DNA of 64,000 nucleotides from Chrysemys picta bellii. Taxonomy: Eukaryota. Below, one piece after another: positions 50,146 through 60,929 of this stretch (the first letter of the stretch is position 1; every line of letters begins with the position of its first letter). The stretch is from positions 88,288,001-88,352,000 of the forward strand of contig NC_088794.1 in the NCBI RefSeq assembly GCF_011386835.1, in the 5' to 3' direction. The notes under the pieces were generated by a model. The model saw only the letters and a program-made list of their open reading frames with translations, did no database searches and had not been told where the DNA came from. Both the position numbers and the translations under genes were made by a program.

Positions 50146-53100
50146 ATGTACTTGCATGACTCCCTTCTTTGCAGTCGAGATGTTCATGGAAGCAAAGGAA
50201 TGCTGCATTTTTTTGTTTGTGTGGACTGTAGGACAAGGTCTGGAGGGAGTAGAAGGTGGGGAATGAAGCAGTACAGTAACCAAGGAGCCTTCTTTAATCT
50301 TTCATGCTTTGTTTCCTATACTTATCCAGGCTTCTTATTTCAGTGGGGCAAATCTTTACTCCCTACTTGAGAGCAGAATCGAGGACTGATCTCTGCAGCG
50401 TTGCTGCTGCTTATTGATGCTTGTCTTTGTATCTGATCCGGTTTTTGTTTCACCTTTCAAGGAAAAAGGGATTACCACCCTGTTTAGGCCCCAAAATGCC
50501 TTTTTATTTTATTTTTTTAAAAGGAAGATAAATGCCATTGCTGGAAGATGCCTTTGTGTCATCACAACCCAAAGATAGGGCTGGGAATGTGGTGCTGCTG
50601 GCACATATACAAGAGGCCAGACACTGGAAAACCAGGGACTGCTGCTGTTTCAGTGTGAAGCTGCATTGGCAGGATCCTGTGAAAAAGGTTTGCATGGTGT
50701 CTTGCACAGTTCTCATGAAGGCTGTTGTTTTTCATTGGCACCAGTTTCCCTCCTCTCTGTCTTCCTCATGCCCCCTTTACCACCTGTGCTAAAGAAACAA
50801 ATTAAGATTATAATACGTAGCCACAGTATTGAATCCATTACTTGGACAATTTTGCATTTTTTCCATCAACTTCCACTGGCAAAGGTGTCACATTGCTTTA
50901 GCCATGGGTGAAATTTTTCTGGGTTACATGAAAGCAGATTATTTAAAAGAGGGTCAAAAATAGGACCAAGAATAGATAGTCTTCTGCAACATTAGCTGTA
51001 GAGATTCACAGCTATAATATGGCCATAAAATAAGACTGAAGACGCATTTGCAGTTGTAGGGAGAGAAGAGAATGGAAAGAAGTTGCAGGAGGGAAACTGG
51101 AAAGATAAGATGCTAGGATGGGCAGAAGGGAGGGGGGAGAGGAGTATGTGGAGGTAGAATGTAAAAGAAGGTTTAGATTTAGAGTTGCAAAAAGGATCCA
51201 GTGGTTTGACAAACTAATTAATGGCTCAAAGGGTGAGTAGTGAAATAAAGGGGGTGTTTAAGTATCCAAGCAGAGGGGTAGAATGGGAGGGATAAGAATA
51301 ACATGATGCTCTTGGAAGAACTTTAACGCTTGGTTCTTTAATGGTTAGGTAAGGTTGCATTAATATGGGGAAAGAGGGGGAGGATTACTTTGTTACAGCA
51401 TCATACTTAGGAGAGCTCACGGTCTCTGCTGCAGCTGCAATTACCAACACCTCTCTTGTTAAGAGTATCGTAGGGATTTTAAAAGTTGATTTGAGGCCTG
51501 ATGGTTCATAGCACGTTGTGGAATTAAGGGAGACTCCTGATGGATGGAAGCCTTTTATCAGTAAGCAGCAGAGTATGGTGGGAAAACTGATGACTGGAGC
51601 ATCTGCTGTCAGCTGCCTTTGTAAGTGCCCTGAAATCATTGGTGTAGATCAGATAGGGGGAGGGTTTGAAATGCATGGCCATAAAATGAAGGGGGTGAAG
51701 AGGAATTGTGAGTAGACGTTATTGGTACATTTGGAGGGATGCTCTCTACTTTTCCGAGAGGTTTCTAATTTTTTTTCTTGCTCGTATTAAAATTTTTCAA
51801 AATAGCTTTCTGACCTGCTTTTTTGGGTCTCTTTTCCATTTGACCTCTATTTTGGCTTTGTCTGTGTTGGGGAGTTTTTCAAAAGAAATAAGGAAAGAAT
51901 ATAAAATTCCCACTGGTCCAGTAGGAACCTTTAGTGTAGACAAGTTTAAAACTGTCAATGTAATGGTCTGAAAAATCCACCAGCCACTGTAACCTTGTCA
52001 AAACTAAGGCTTCTGCTAATGCTAAATTTCCCCAGCAGAGACAAGATCTGTGTGGGTTTGCAGTGGAGAAGGTTCTTTCCTAATACTTTTCCCCTCACCC
52101 TATTGCAACACAAACTGTAGCTGACTACTTTCTTGGGCACCAGCGCCACCAAAGATGTGAGCCAGGAGAATTGTGTTATCTGCTGCAGAGGGAGTTTGGT
52201 GTGTTATGCCACAAAGATGGCTGTTGCTTACTCTCTTAGCTGCTTCTAAGAGGAAACTTAACTATAGCTCCAGGAAAACTGTCCACCAGATTGTAAACTT
52301 TGAATAGTTCATATTTTAGGCCCAGTGTACATCAAGAAGAAAACTGCTAGTGCTGTTCAGAGGCGGCTTTTGCTGAGCCATGTGCTGACGTATTTCAGAC
52401 ACTTCTTCCTTCTCTATTTGGGATGGATGTGGAGAGCTTAGACCTGACATTTGATGGTCCCAATGACTAGTGCAATATTTCTTCCTCTTTCTGTTGACAC
52501 TCTTGCTTCCCTACGGAAAGTAACTCGGCACTTTTTACAAAGCTGTGGAATGTATTTTTCTGTTGGCTGGTTTGGTTTCAGAGTAGCAGCCTTGGGGCAC
52601 GAGACAGCAATACTGAAATCTGAAGCATATTCCAGCATTCAAAAGTTGGCTTAATGATGAGATTTTTAAAATGTTGGGTTTTTTATTTGCCTGGTGGTTT
52701 TGGAGTCTAGCATCCGTGTTTCCAAGCTTTTGTCTGTAATCATGAGGGCTAGAAACTTCATTTAAAAAAAAAAAAAAAGACGACATGATTCCAGGAGCTT
52801 GGGCTTTAAGAAAAACACTAGTGCAAGACTCTCAATGAAGTTGAGAGTTGGCAACACTGATCTCCTATCATTGTCCATGCTTCTGCTGGAGGCTGGTCCT
52901 TGCCAATACAGCTCCTTCATACTCTGGGCTAATGGCATTCTTACTGTGCTGTAGATGTACTGACATGATAGCAAAAACCAACACTTCCCTAAGGCTTCAG
53001 CCAAGTCTTTGTGCTGGATCCCCTTTTTCTTATTTACAGATGCATCTCTAGTGCTTGCTCCTACTGTCCTCTTGGGATGTTTTGAGTTTTGGAGCTGTAC

Positions 53101-53354
53101 CAGAGGGATGGACTATCCGCCTTCAAAAAATTGGTCTCCATTCCCCTACCTCTTCCAAAAGTAAAAAATGCCTAAAGTGCTGTGTATGCAAGGCTCTCTT
53201 TGCACTAGGCCGGTAATAAATAGTATCCTAATATTTGGAGCACAAGAAGAGATATTAGTTGGTGTCTGATTTCAGAGTAGCAGCCATGTTAGTCTGTATC
53301 CGCAAAAAGAACAGGAGTACTTGTGGCACCTTAGAGACTAACAAATGTATTTGA

Positions 53355-53394
53355 GCATAAGCTTTCGTGGGCTAAAACCCACTTCATCAGATGC
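53355..53394 (-). ncRNA. Minimal type-I hammerhead ribozyme motif (canonical CUGAUGA core)
   Basis: Minus strand gcat-ctgatga-agtggg-ttttag-cccac-gaa-agct-t-atgc. Confidence 0.72.
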
Positions 53395-53435
53395 ATGCAG
53401 TGGAAAATACAGTAGGAAGAGCTATCTCTCACTCA

Positions 53436-53437
<2 letters not shown>

Positions 53438-53506
<69 letters not shown>
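53438..53506. repeat. (CA)n microsatellite in outer pLTR
   Basis: Direct reading, about 34 units. Confidence 0.95.
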
Positions 53507-53509
<3 letters not shown>

Positions 53510-53936
53510 CTGATCAGTTAAGGTGAGCTATTACCAGCAGGAGAGAAAAACAACTTTTTGTAGTGGTAATCAAAATGGCCCATTTCCAGCAATTGACAAG
53601 AAGGTGTGAGGAACCGTAGGAGGGGAAAATAAACATGGGGAAATAGTTTTACTTTGTGTAATGACCCATCCACTCCCAGTCTTTAATCAAGCATAATTTA
53701 ATGGTGTCCAGTTTGCAAATTAATTCCAATTCAGCAGTCTCTCATTAGAGTCTGTTTTTGAAGTTTTTTGTTGTTGTAATATTGTAACTTTTAGGTCTGT
53801 AATCGAGTGACCAGGGAGACCGAAGTGTTCTCCAATTGGTTTTTTGAATGGTTTCAGAGTAGCAGCCGTGTTAGTCTGTATCCGCAAAAAGAACAGGAGT
53901 ACTTGTGGCACCTTAGAGACTAACAAATTTATTAGA

Positions 53937-53976
53937 GCATAAGCTTTCGTGGAGTACAGCCCACTTCTTCGGATGC
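53937..53976 (-). ncRNA. Hammerhead-like motif (CCGAAGA variant)
   Basis: Minus strand gcatccgaagaagtgggctgtactccacgaaagcttatgc. Confidence 0.55.
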
Positions 53977-54012
53977 ATATAGAGTGGAACATATTTTGAG
54001 GAGAGATATAGG

Positions 54013-54022
<10 letters not shown>

Positions 54023-54076
<54 letters not shown>
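54023..54076. repeat. (CA)27 microsatellite in inner pLTR left arm
   Basis: Direct reading. Confidence 0.95.
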
Positions 54077-54077
<1 letters not shown>

Positions 54078-54791
54078 CATGAACAGGTGGGAGTTGTCTT
54101 ACCAACTCTGAGAGGCCAATTAAGTAAGAGAAAAAAACTTTTGAAGTGATAATCAAGATAGCCCCGTACAGATAGTTTGATAAGAAGTGTGAGAATACTT
54201 ACAAGGGGAGATAGATTCAATGTTTGTAATGGCTCAGCCATACCATCAGGGGCTCGTTCACCTGCACATCTACCAATGTGATATATGCCATCATGTGCCA
54301 GCAATGCTCCACTGCCATGTACATTGGCCAAACCGGACAGTCTCTATGCAAAAGAATTAATGGACACAAACAACTCTGACATCAGGAATCATAATACTCA
54401 AAAACGAGTGGGAGAACACTTTAACCTGTCTGGTCATTCTATGCCGATCTGCGGGTGGCTATCTTACAACAGAAAAACTTCAAAAACAGACTCCAACGAG
54501 AGACTGCTGAGCTGGAATTGATATGCAAACTAGATACAATCAACTCAGGATTGAACAAGGACTGGGAATGGCTGAGCCATTACAAACATTGAATCTATCT
54601 CCCCTTGTAAGTATTTTCACACTTCTTATCAAACTGTCTGTACTGGGCTACCTTGATTATCACTTCAAAAAAAATTTTTTTTCCTCTTACCAACTCTGAG
54701 AGGCCAATTAAGTAAGACAACTCCCACCTGTTCATGCTCTCTGTATGTGTGTGTGTATATATATCTCCTCAATATATGTTCCACTCTATAT

Positions 54792-54831
54792 GCATCCGAA
54801 GAAGTGGGCTGTAGTCCATGAAAGCTTATGC
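54792..54831 (+). ncRNA. Hammerhead-like motif (CCGAAGA variant), sense to SUSD6
   Basis: gcatccgaagaagtgggctgtagtccatgaaagcttatgc; the stem II base pair is weakened to G-U. Confidence 0.5.
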
Positions 54832-55199
54832 TCTAATAAATTTGTTAGTCTAAGGTGCCACAAGTACTCCTGTTCTTTTTGTGGTTTTTGAATGTTATAA
54901 TTCTTGACATCTGATTTGTGTCCATTTATTCTTTTACGTAGAGACTGTCCAGTTTGGCCAACGTACATGGCAGATGGGCATTGCTAGCACATGATGGCAT
55001 ATATCACATTGGTAGATGTGCAGGTGAACGAGCCTCTGATAGTGTGGCTGATGTGATTAGGTCCTATGATGTTATCCCCTGAATAGATATGTGGACAGAG
55101 TTGGCAAGAATTATAACATTCAAAAACCAGGTAAACAGCGGGTCCTCCAAGCTTCTGTGCTGGGACATGTGCTGTTCACCCTTCACTCCCCCTTCCAGA

Positions 55200-56120
55200 T
55201 AAGTATTGAACATTTTGAAGTGGCAAAGTCTGCAGATTTTACAGAATAATTCAAGATTGTGAAGTCCAAAGCTGACTGCAAAGAGTTACAGGGGAAATCT
55301 CACAAAACTGAATGCTGGGGCAACAAAATGGCAGATGAAATTCTACATTCATAAATGCAAAGTCATGCGCACTGGAAAAAATAATCTGTTACAGATATAT
55401 AATGATGGGTTCTAAATTAGTTGTTACCAATCAAGAAGGAGATCTGGAAGACTCTGTGGATAGTTCTCTGAAAACTTCACCTCGCTGTGCAGCAGTAGTC
55501 AAAAAGGCTCAGAATGTCAGGAACTATTTGGAAAGGGGTAGAAAAGACAGAAAATTTAATGCCACTATATAAATCCATGATGCATCCAGACCTTGAAACT
55601 GTGTCCAGTTCTGCTCACCCCATCTCTAAAAAGACACAATGAAACTGGAAAAGCTTTGTTGCCTTTTTCTGAAAATGAACAGCAAGCGAAGGGAACAGCA
55701 TCCCTATGAGGAGAGATTTAAAAGATTAGGGCTGGATCCTCTTAGAAAAGAAACAACGGAGAGGGCAGTATGATGTCAATAAAATCCATTGTCTGGAAAG
55801 CGGAATAGAGAAGTGTTTACCTTTTCCACAATACAAAAAGTCAAGGGTCACCCTGTTAAATTAATAGGCAGCAGGTTTACTAAAACACAAGGAAGTATTT
55901 TTTTCACACCACACCTGTGGAACTCATTGCCCTACGATGTTGTGGTGGCCAAAAGTATAATTTTTGCTTAAAAAAAGAACTAGATGAGTTCATGGCAGAG
56001 GGTCCATCAGTGGTGGCTGTTCTGTACACTTCCCCTGAAGTTCTGGCACTGGCCACTGTCAGAGACAGGATACTGGGCTAGATGGGCCACTGATCTGGCC
56101 CATTATGGCAGTTATGTTCT
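55200..56120 (+). mobile_element. CR1 LINE 3' portion
   Basis: Decayed KWQMKF...KCKVM and GHPVKLIGSRF motifs; 3' UTR tactgggctagatgggccactgatctggcccattatggcagttatgttct. Confidence 0.88.
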
Positions 56121-56129
56121 TCATTATGA

Positions 56130-57907
56130 GCCAGATCAGCTGGGAGGAAGAACTGAGTCAGAAAAATGTGAATGATAAATGAGTTCCAATTAAGAAAACC
56201 TGACTAGATGCCCCAAAAGCATCTTTTTGTTTGAGGAAGAAGGCTGTGCCAGTTAAGAAACCAACCTGGTTTAGAGGGGAAATGACAGCAGCCATAATAT
56301 ACATATAATTTTTTTTTTAAATGTAAGAAAGGGGAAGTTGCTAGTAATGAATATAAATCCAGAAGGTAGGAATTTTAGAAAACTGATAGGGGAAGCAAAA
56401 GGGAGAAGGGAGAAATCTGTGCTCAGCAGAGTTAAGGACAATGAGAAGGCATTTTAAAAATACATTAGGAACAAAAAGAATCCCGACAATGGTATTGGTC
56501 TGTTACTAGATGGAAATGGTAGAATTATCAATAATAATGCAGAAAAAGCAGAAGTGTTCAATAAATATTTCTATTCTGTATTTGGGGGGAGGGGAGGCAA
56601 ACATGACATTGTCTCATCGTATGGTGATAACTCTCTCCATTCCACTATCATCTCTGGAGGATGTTAAACAGAAGCTACTCAAATTAGATATTTTTAAATC
56701 AGCAGGTCCAGATAACTTGCATCCAGAGTTTTGAAGGAGCTGACTGAGGAGTTTGCTGACTCATTAATGGGGACTTTCAGTAAGTCTTGGAACACTGGGG
56801 AAGACTGGAAGAAAGCTAATGTTGTGCCAGTTTTTAAAAAGAGTAAGTGGGATGACGGGTAATTATAGCTCTGTCACCCTGAGATCAATCACAGGCAAGA
56901 TAATGGAACAGCTGATACACGATTCATTAATGAAGAATTAAAGGAGGGTAATATAATTAATGCAAATCAACATCATTTTATGGAAAATAGATCCTGTCAA
57001 GCTAACTTCTCATCTTTTTGTGATGAGATTATAAGTGGGGTTGATAAAGGTAATAGTGTTGATGTAATATACTTGGACTTCTGTAAAGCATTTGACTTGA
57101 TACCATACAACATTTTGATTAAAAAAACAAAACAAAAAACCTAGAACAAGATAATTAGTATTGCACACATTAAATGAATTAAAGGCTGGCTAACTGATAG
57201 GTCTCAGAATGTAATTGTAAACAGGGAATCATTATCAAGTTTCCAGTGAGGTCCCGCAGGAATCTCTGCTTGGCCCTATGCTATTTAACACTTTTATCTG
57301 TGATCTGGAAGAAAACCTAAAATCATCACTGATGAAGTTTGCAGATGACCCAAAAATTTGGGGAGTAGTAAATAATGAAGAGGACAGGGAGCTGATTCAG
57401 AGGGAACTGGGTGCAAGCAAACATGCATTTTAATGCAGCTAAATGTAAATGTGTATACCTAAGAACAAAGAAGGCAGGCCATACTTACAGGATGAGGAAC
57501 TCCATCCTGGCAAGCAGTGACTCTGAAAGAGATTTGGGATTGTGGTGGATAATCAGCTCAACATGAGCTCCCAATGTGGTGGTGTGGCCAAAAGAGCTAA
57601 CGCGATCCTGGGATGTATTAATGGGAATCGCAAATAGGGGTAGAGAGGTTATTTTAGCTCTATATTTGGTATTGGCATGACTGCTGCTGGAATATTGTGT
57701 CCAGTTCTTGGGCCCACAATTCAAGAAGGATGTTGATTAATTGGAGAGGGTTCAGAGAAGAGCCATGAGAATAATTAAAGGATTGGAAACCACACCTTAT
57801 AGTGACAGATTCAAAGAGCTCAATCTGTTTAGTTTAACAAAAAGAAGAGGGTAAGGGGTGACTTGATTAGTCTATCTACGTGGGGAACAAATATTTAATA
57901 ATGGGCT
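56130..57907 (+). mobile_element. CR1 LINE internal ORF2 region, 3'-truncated
   Basis: EVPQESLLGPMLFNTFICDL and KFADDPKIWGVVNNEEDR RT motifs near 57245-57390; same subfamily as 7831-9247. Confidence 0.92.
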
Positions 57908-58019
57908 TATTTAATAATGATCCTCTGACATGTGAGGACCAGATCAGAGGCCCAAAGTGGATAAGAGGGATCTTCAAAAGGATGGGTGTGCATCAGCTGT
58001 TATGAACTTTTGACCATGG

Positions 58020-59220
58020 TGTGGCAGTACACCCCATATTCTTCATAGTAATATTATCATATGATTATGGCATAACTGATGTATTTTGTGTAAGATAGGT
58101 CATCAAAAAGGTTATGATTCATTGAATATGATTATCGTATTTATATGCATGTATCATTTTGGTATCTGAAGTTCAAAATATTGTCTATGCATCTATTACA
58201 AATGTGTTTACACCTGGGGAAAGCCCACTAGGCAGAATGTAATCAGTCATGATGGCTGTCTGGGAAGGGCAATTAGGGAGGACCGTGGGTCTTAGAAGAT
58301 GCTAATCTCCCACCAGGGAGCCTTCCTGAGGATGATACAAACAGCCTTATGGCTGCTGTGTCCCTACAGGGGCATGTGACCAAGTCACCTGATACTGGAC
58401 TCCATCTTGGAGTACCGGTGTTTTTTCCACTGACTGGGCGTGGGAACCAAGAGGAGTGACAAAGGGTTCCCACCATATGCAAAAGCTATTTAAGACATGG
58501 GAGTGACTTCATCATGGTTCTTCAAGAAGATTGCTGGAAAACACCTGAGGAATAAAGACTGGACTAAAGGAGAAGGGCTGAACCCAGGCTAGAGGGATTT
58601 CTAGCCTGTGAAAAGAATACCTGGGGTTTTAAGCTGCAAACAAGTGCAGCTTGCCCTCAAGAATCTCTGCAAACTGCCTAAAACAATTAGGGTGAGAATT
58701 TGCTACTCGTATCCGATCTCTTTAGTATATTAAACTTAGACTGTGTTTTGTTTATTTGCTAGGTAATCTGCTTTGATCTGTTTGCTATCCCTTATCACTT
58801 AAGTTTATTAACTACAAAAGAGAGATTTTGTTTTTGTTTTGTTTAAAACCAGTGTGTGGAAAATAACTGGGGGCAGAAAGCTGTTGTATATCTCTCTCCA
58901 CATTGAGGGAGCGGTGAATTTTATGAGCTTATGATGTACAGTTCCCTGTGCAGCGCAAGAGGGTATAATTTTGGGTTTACACTCCAGAGGGGGGTGCATG
59001 CCTTAGGAACTGGGAGGTGCCTTAGCAGAGCCTTCCCGTGCAGAGCTGCTCTCTGCCTCTGTGTGTAGCTGCAGCTGGATGTGTCCCTACCTGTGTGTGT
59101 GCTGGAAGGGGCTTGAGGGCCTGTCACAGCAGTACAGTGTAAAGGGAGCCCAGGCTGGTGAGTCAGGCGGGCTCAGTGGTACCCCAGTTTCAGGTGGCAC
59201 CCAGCAAGGAACCAGTCACA
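58020..59220 (+). mobile_element. Solo LTR (Gypsy-type), 1201 bp
   Basis: TGTGGC...GTCACA termini; perfect 5-bp TSD catgg (58015-58019, 59221-59225). Strand is inferred. Confidence 0.88.
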
Positions 59221-59589
59221 CATGGAATAAATCCCTTGGTGAGGTTTGAAGGACTGTTCACTGGCCAAAGCCCTTGTTGGAGTCGGGATGATCTCTGGTA
59301 AATGTATTAGCATATACATAGGTTCTCTTATTGTTTGTAATGTTTTCTGCAATGCTTTTACCTTAATCTATGTCCTGTGTTTAGAAGGAGCTTTGTGGCA
59401 GCCTATAACTGTGGCAATTGCATGGTTTATAGCCTTTGAAGAGTAAGCAAAAGCAGAGCAGGCCGCCTTCGGCAGTCTGTCTTTGCTGGGGAATTCACCT
59501 GGAGATAGGCAGGAGAGATGATGGCTGGGGAGCAGAAAGCTTGGAGCGAGTGCCCTGGCTGAAGCAGGAGAGGGAAAGTGGTGCAGTTC

Positions 59590-60200
59590 CCCTGAACTGT
59601 GATACATCTTCAACCAAAGGAGACTACACTGTGGCTGGACGTTCTTCCAGATGCTTTCTTCTGCCCAACAGCATCACCTCTGTCTTGCTCTGATTCAGCT
59701 TGATCTAGCTGTTCTTCACCCACAAGCTGATTTCCGTACATTGGGTCATCCTGGTGGTAGTGGTACCATCGTATGTGGTGAAGGATAGGCAGAGCTGTGT
59801 CATCTGCATATTGATGGCACTTGAATCCATGCCATCTTACCAGTTCACCTAGGCTGCACATAGATGTAGAATAAGATCAGAGAGAGAATTGATCTTTATG
59901 GACTCTACTAATTCAGGGTCTAGTGGAGAAGGTGCAGTTTCCCATCACAACCTGTTGGGTGCATCCTTCCAGGAAAGACTTAAACCATTTTAGCACTTAC
60001 CTCAGGACACCTGCCATCTCTTTCAGGTGAGACAGCAGTATCTCAAGATTGGCAGCACTGAATGCTACAGAGAGATCCAGGAGGAGGAGTGTAGCTGTCT
60101 GCCTTCCATCTGCTGACAGCAGGAGAGTGTCCATCAGTGCCACTAAAGTGGTTTTCATCCACTGAAGTTTTTAATTAGCTGCTCTCAAATGTAGAAGTTG
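59590..60200 (-). mobile_element. L2-clade LINE reverse-transcriptase fragment
   Basis: Minus translations LLLLDLSVAFSAANLEILLSHL...LKWFKSFL, HQYADDT and IKLNQSKTEVMLLGR, with stops and frameshifts. Confidence 0.88.
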
Positions 60201-60406
60201 CATTTCCTGACTCTCCTTAGTGAGTGTAGTTCTGATGGCAGGTCCCTGGAGAGTGAAGCTTTGTTTCTTCACAAAATAAGTAGCCGCAGTTCAGAGCTTC
60301 CTGCTAATATCCCGTTTTACGTGAATTGCATCTAATGCAGCCTCCTTTTTGTAGGGGCCAGGAGCCTCCCTCTGTACCAATGGTAATACAGAATGGCCTC
60401 CTCTCT

Positions 60407-60615
60407 GGCCTTGGCTACACTGGCGCTGAACAGCGCTGCAACTTGCTGCGCTCAGGGGTGTGAAAACGCGCCCCCACCGAGCGCAGCAAGTGCAGCGCTG
60501 TAAAGCGCCAGTGTAATCCGCGCCTGCAGTGCTGCACGCTCGCTCGCAGTGCTGCAAGCTACTCCCCTGGGAGTAGCCGCGGCAGCGCTGTGAATTCCCA
60601 AGTGTAGCCAAGGCC
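60407..60615. mobile_element. Harbinger-like MITE (young, CpG-rich)
   Basis: Perfect 15-bp TIR ggccttggctacact / agtgtagccaaggcc; 3-bp flanking repeat tct. Confidence 0.9.
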
Positions 60616-60929
60616 TCTCACTGTATGCTGACACACTGCCTTGCTGAAAGAGTAGGAGTTGAAGGACTCCTCAAGCAGCAAACAATGCTGCAGTGATCAA
60701 ACTTACATCTAATGTTAAATGGCCCCTTTGTGTGAATCCTCTGTTTATGGCTGCTGCTCCGGCAAAATAATCTTTTCTTTATCAGTTAGTTACAGCCAGT
60801 CTGCGACAGTGAAGTAGAAAACACTATGAACGCAGCAGTATTCCTGAACTGGATACAGTAGCTTGGACTTTAGCGTACTCTTCCAGTTAATGTGTGCGTT
60901 CACCTGTTTAAATGTGTAAAAGCTTAGCC

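Larger units (their letters stand above)
53851..54881. mobile_element. Penelope-like element (inner copy) with inverted pLTR arms and GIY-YIG fragment
   Basis: 53851-54241 is a reverse arm. From 54242 the + strand reads TIRGSFTCTSTNVIYAIMCQQCSTAMYIGQTGQSLCKRINGHK (GIY-YIG), followed by a forward pLTR to 54881. TSD tggttt(t)ttgaatg at 53837-53850 and 54882-54894. Confidence 0.93.
53270..55130 (-). mobile_element. Penelope-like element (outer copy; GIY-YIG 3' region plus pLTR), split by inner copy
   Basis: Minus translation MYVGQTGQSLRKRINGHKSDVKNYNIQKP (right of 54881) continues as KPIGEHFGLPGHSITDLKVTILQQ (left of 53851); pLTR with (CA)n at the left end. Confidence 0.92.

Noticed and set aside
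50870-51750. Purine-rich stretch resembling very old L2
   Set aside because: I could read no diagnostic protein motif, so it was not annotated.
53720-54331. 203-aa minus-strand ORF, the longest in the window
   Set aside because: It is a chimera of inner and outer Penelope pieces read through a (TG)n repeat (CVCVCV); not a gene.
35423-54881. Repeated ~100-bp near-identical units suggesting a CRISPR-like or tandem array
   Set aside because: They are dispersed Penelope pLTR copies with individual TSDs and no regular repeat-spacer period; the DNA is eukaryotic.
7831-59220. Long CR1s and LTRs antisense upstream of the exon but sense downstream
   Set aside because: Few elements, with exceptions (CR1 19121 and the SINEs are sense; L2 59590 is antisense); compatible with chance.
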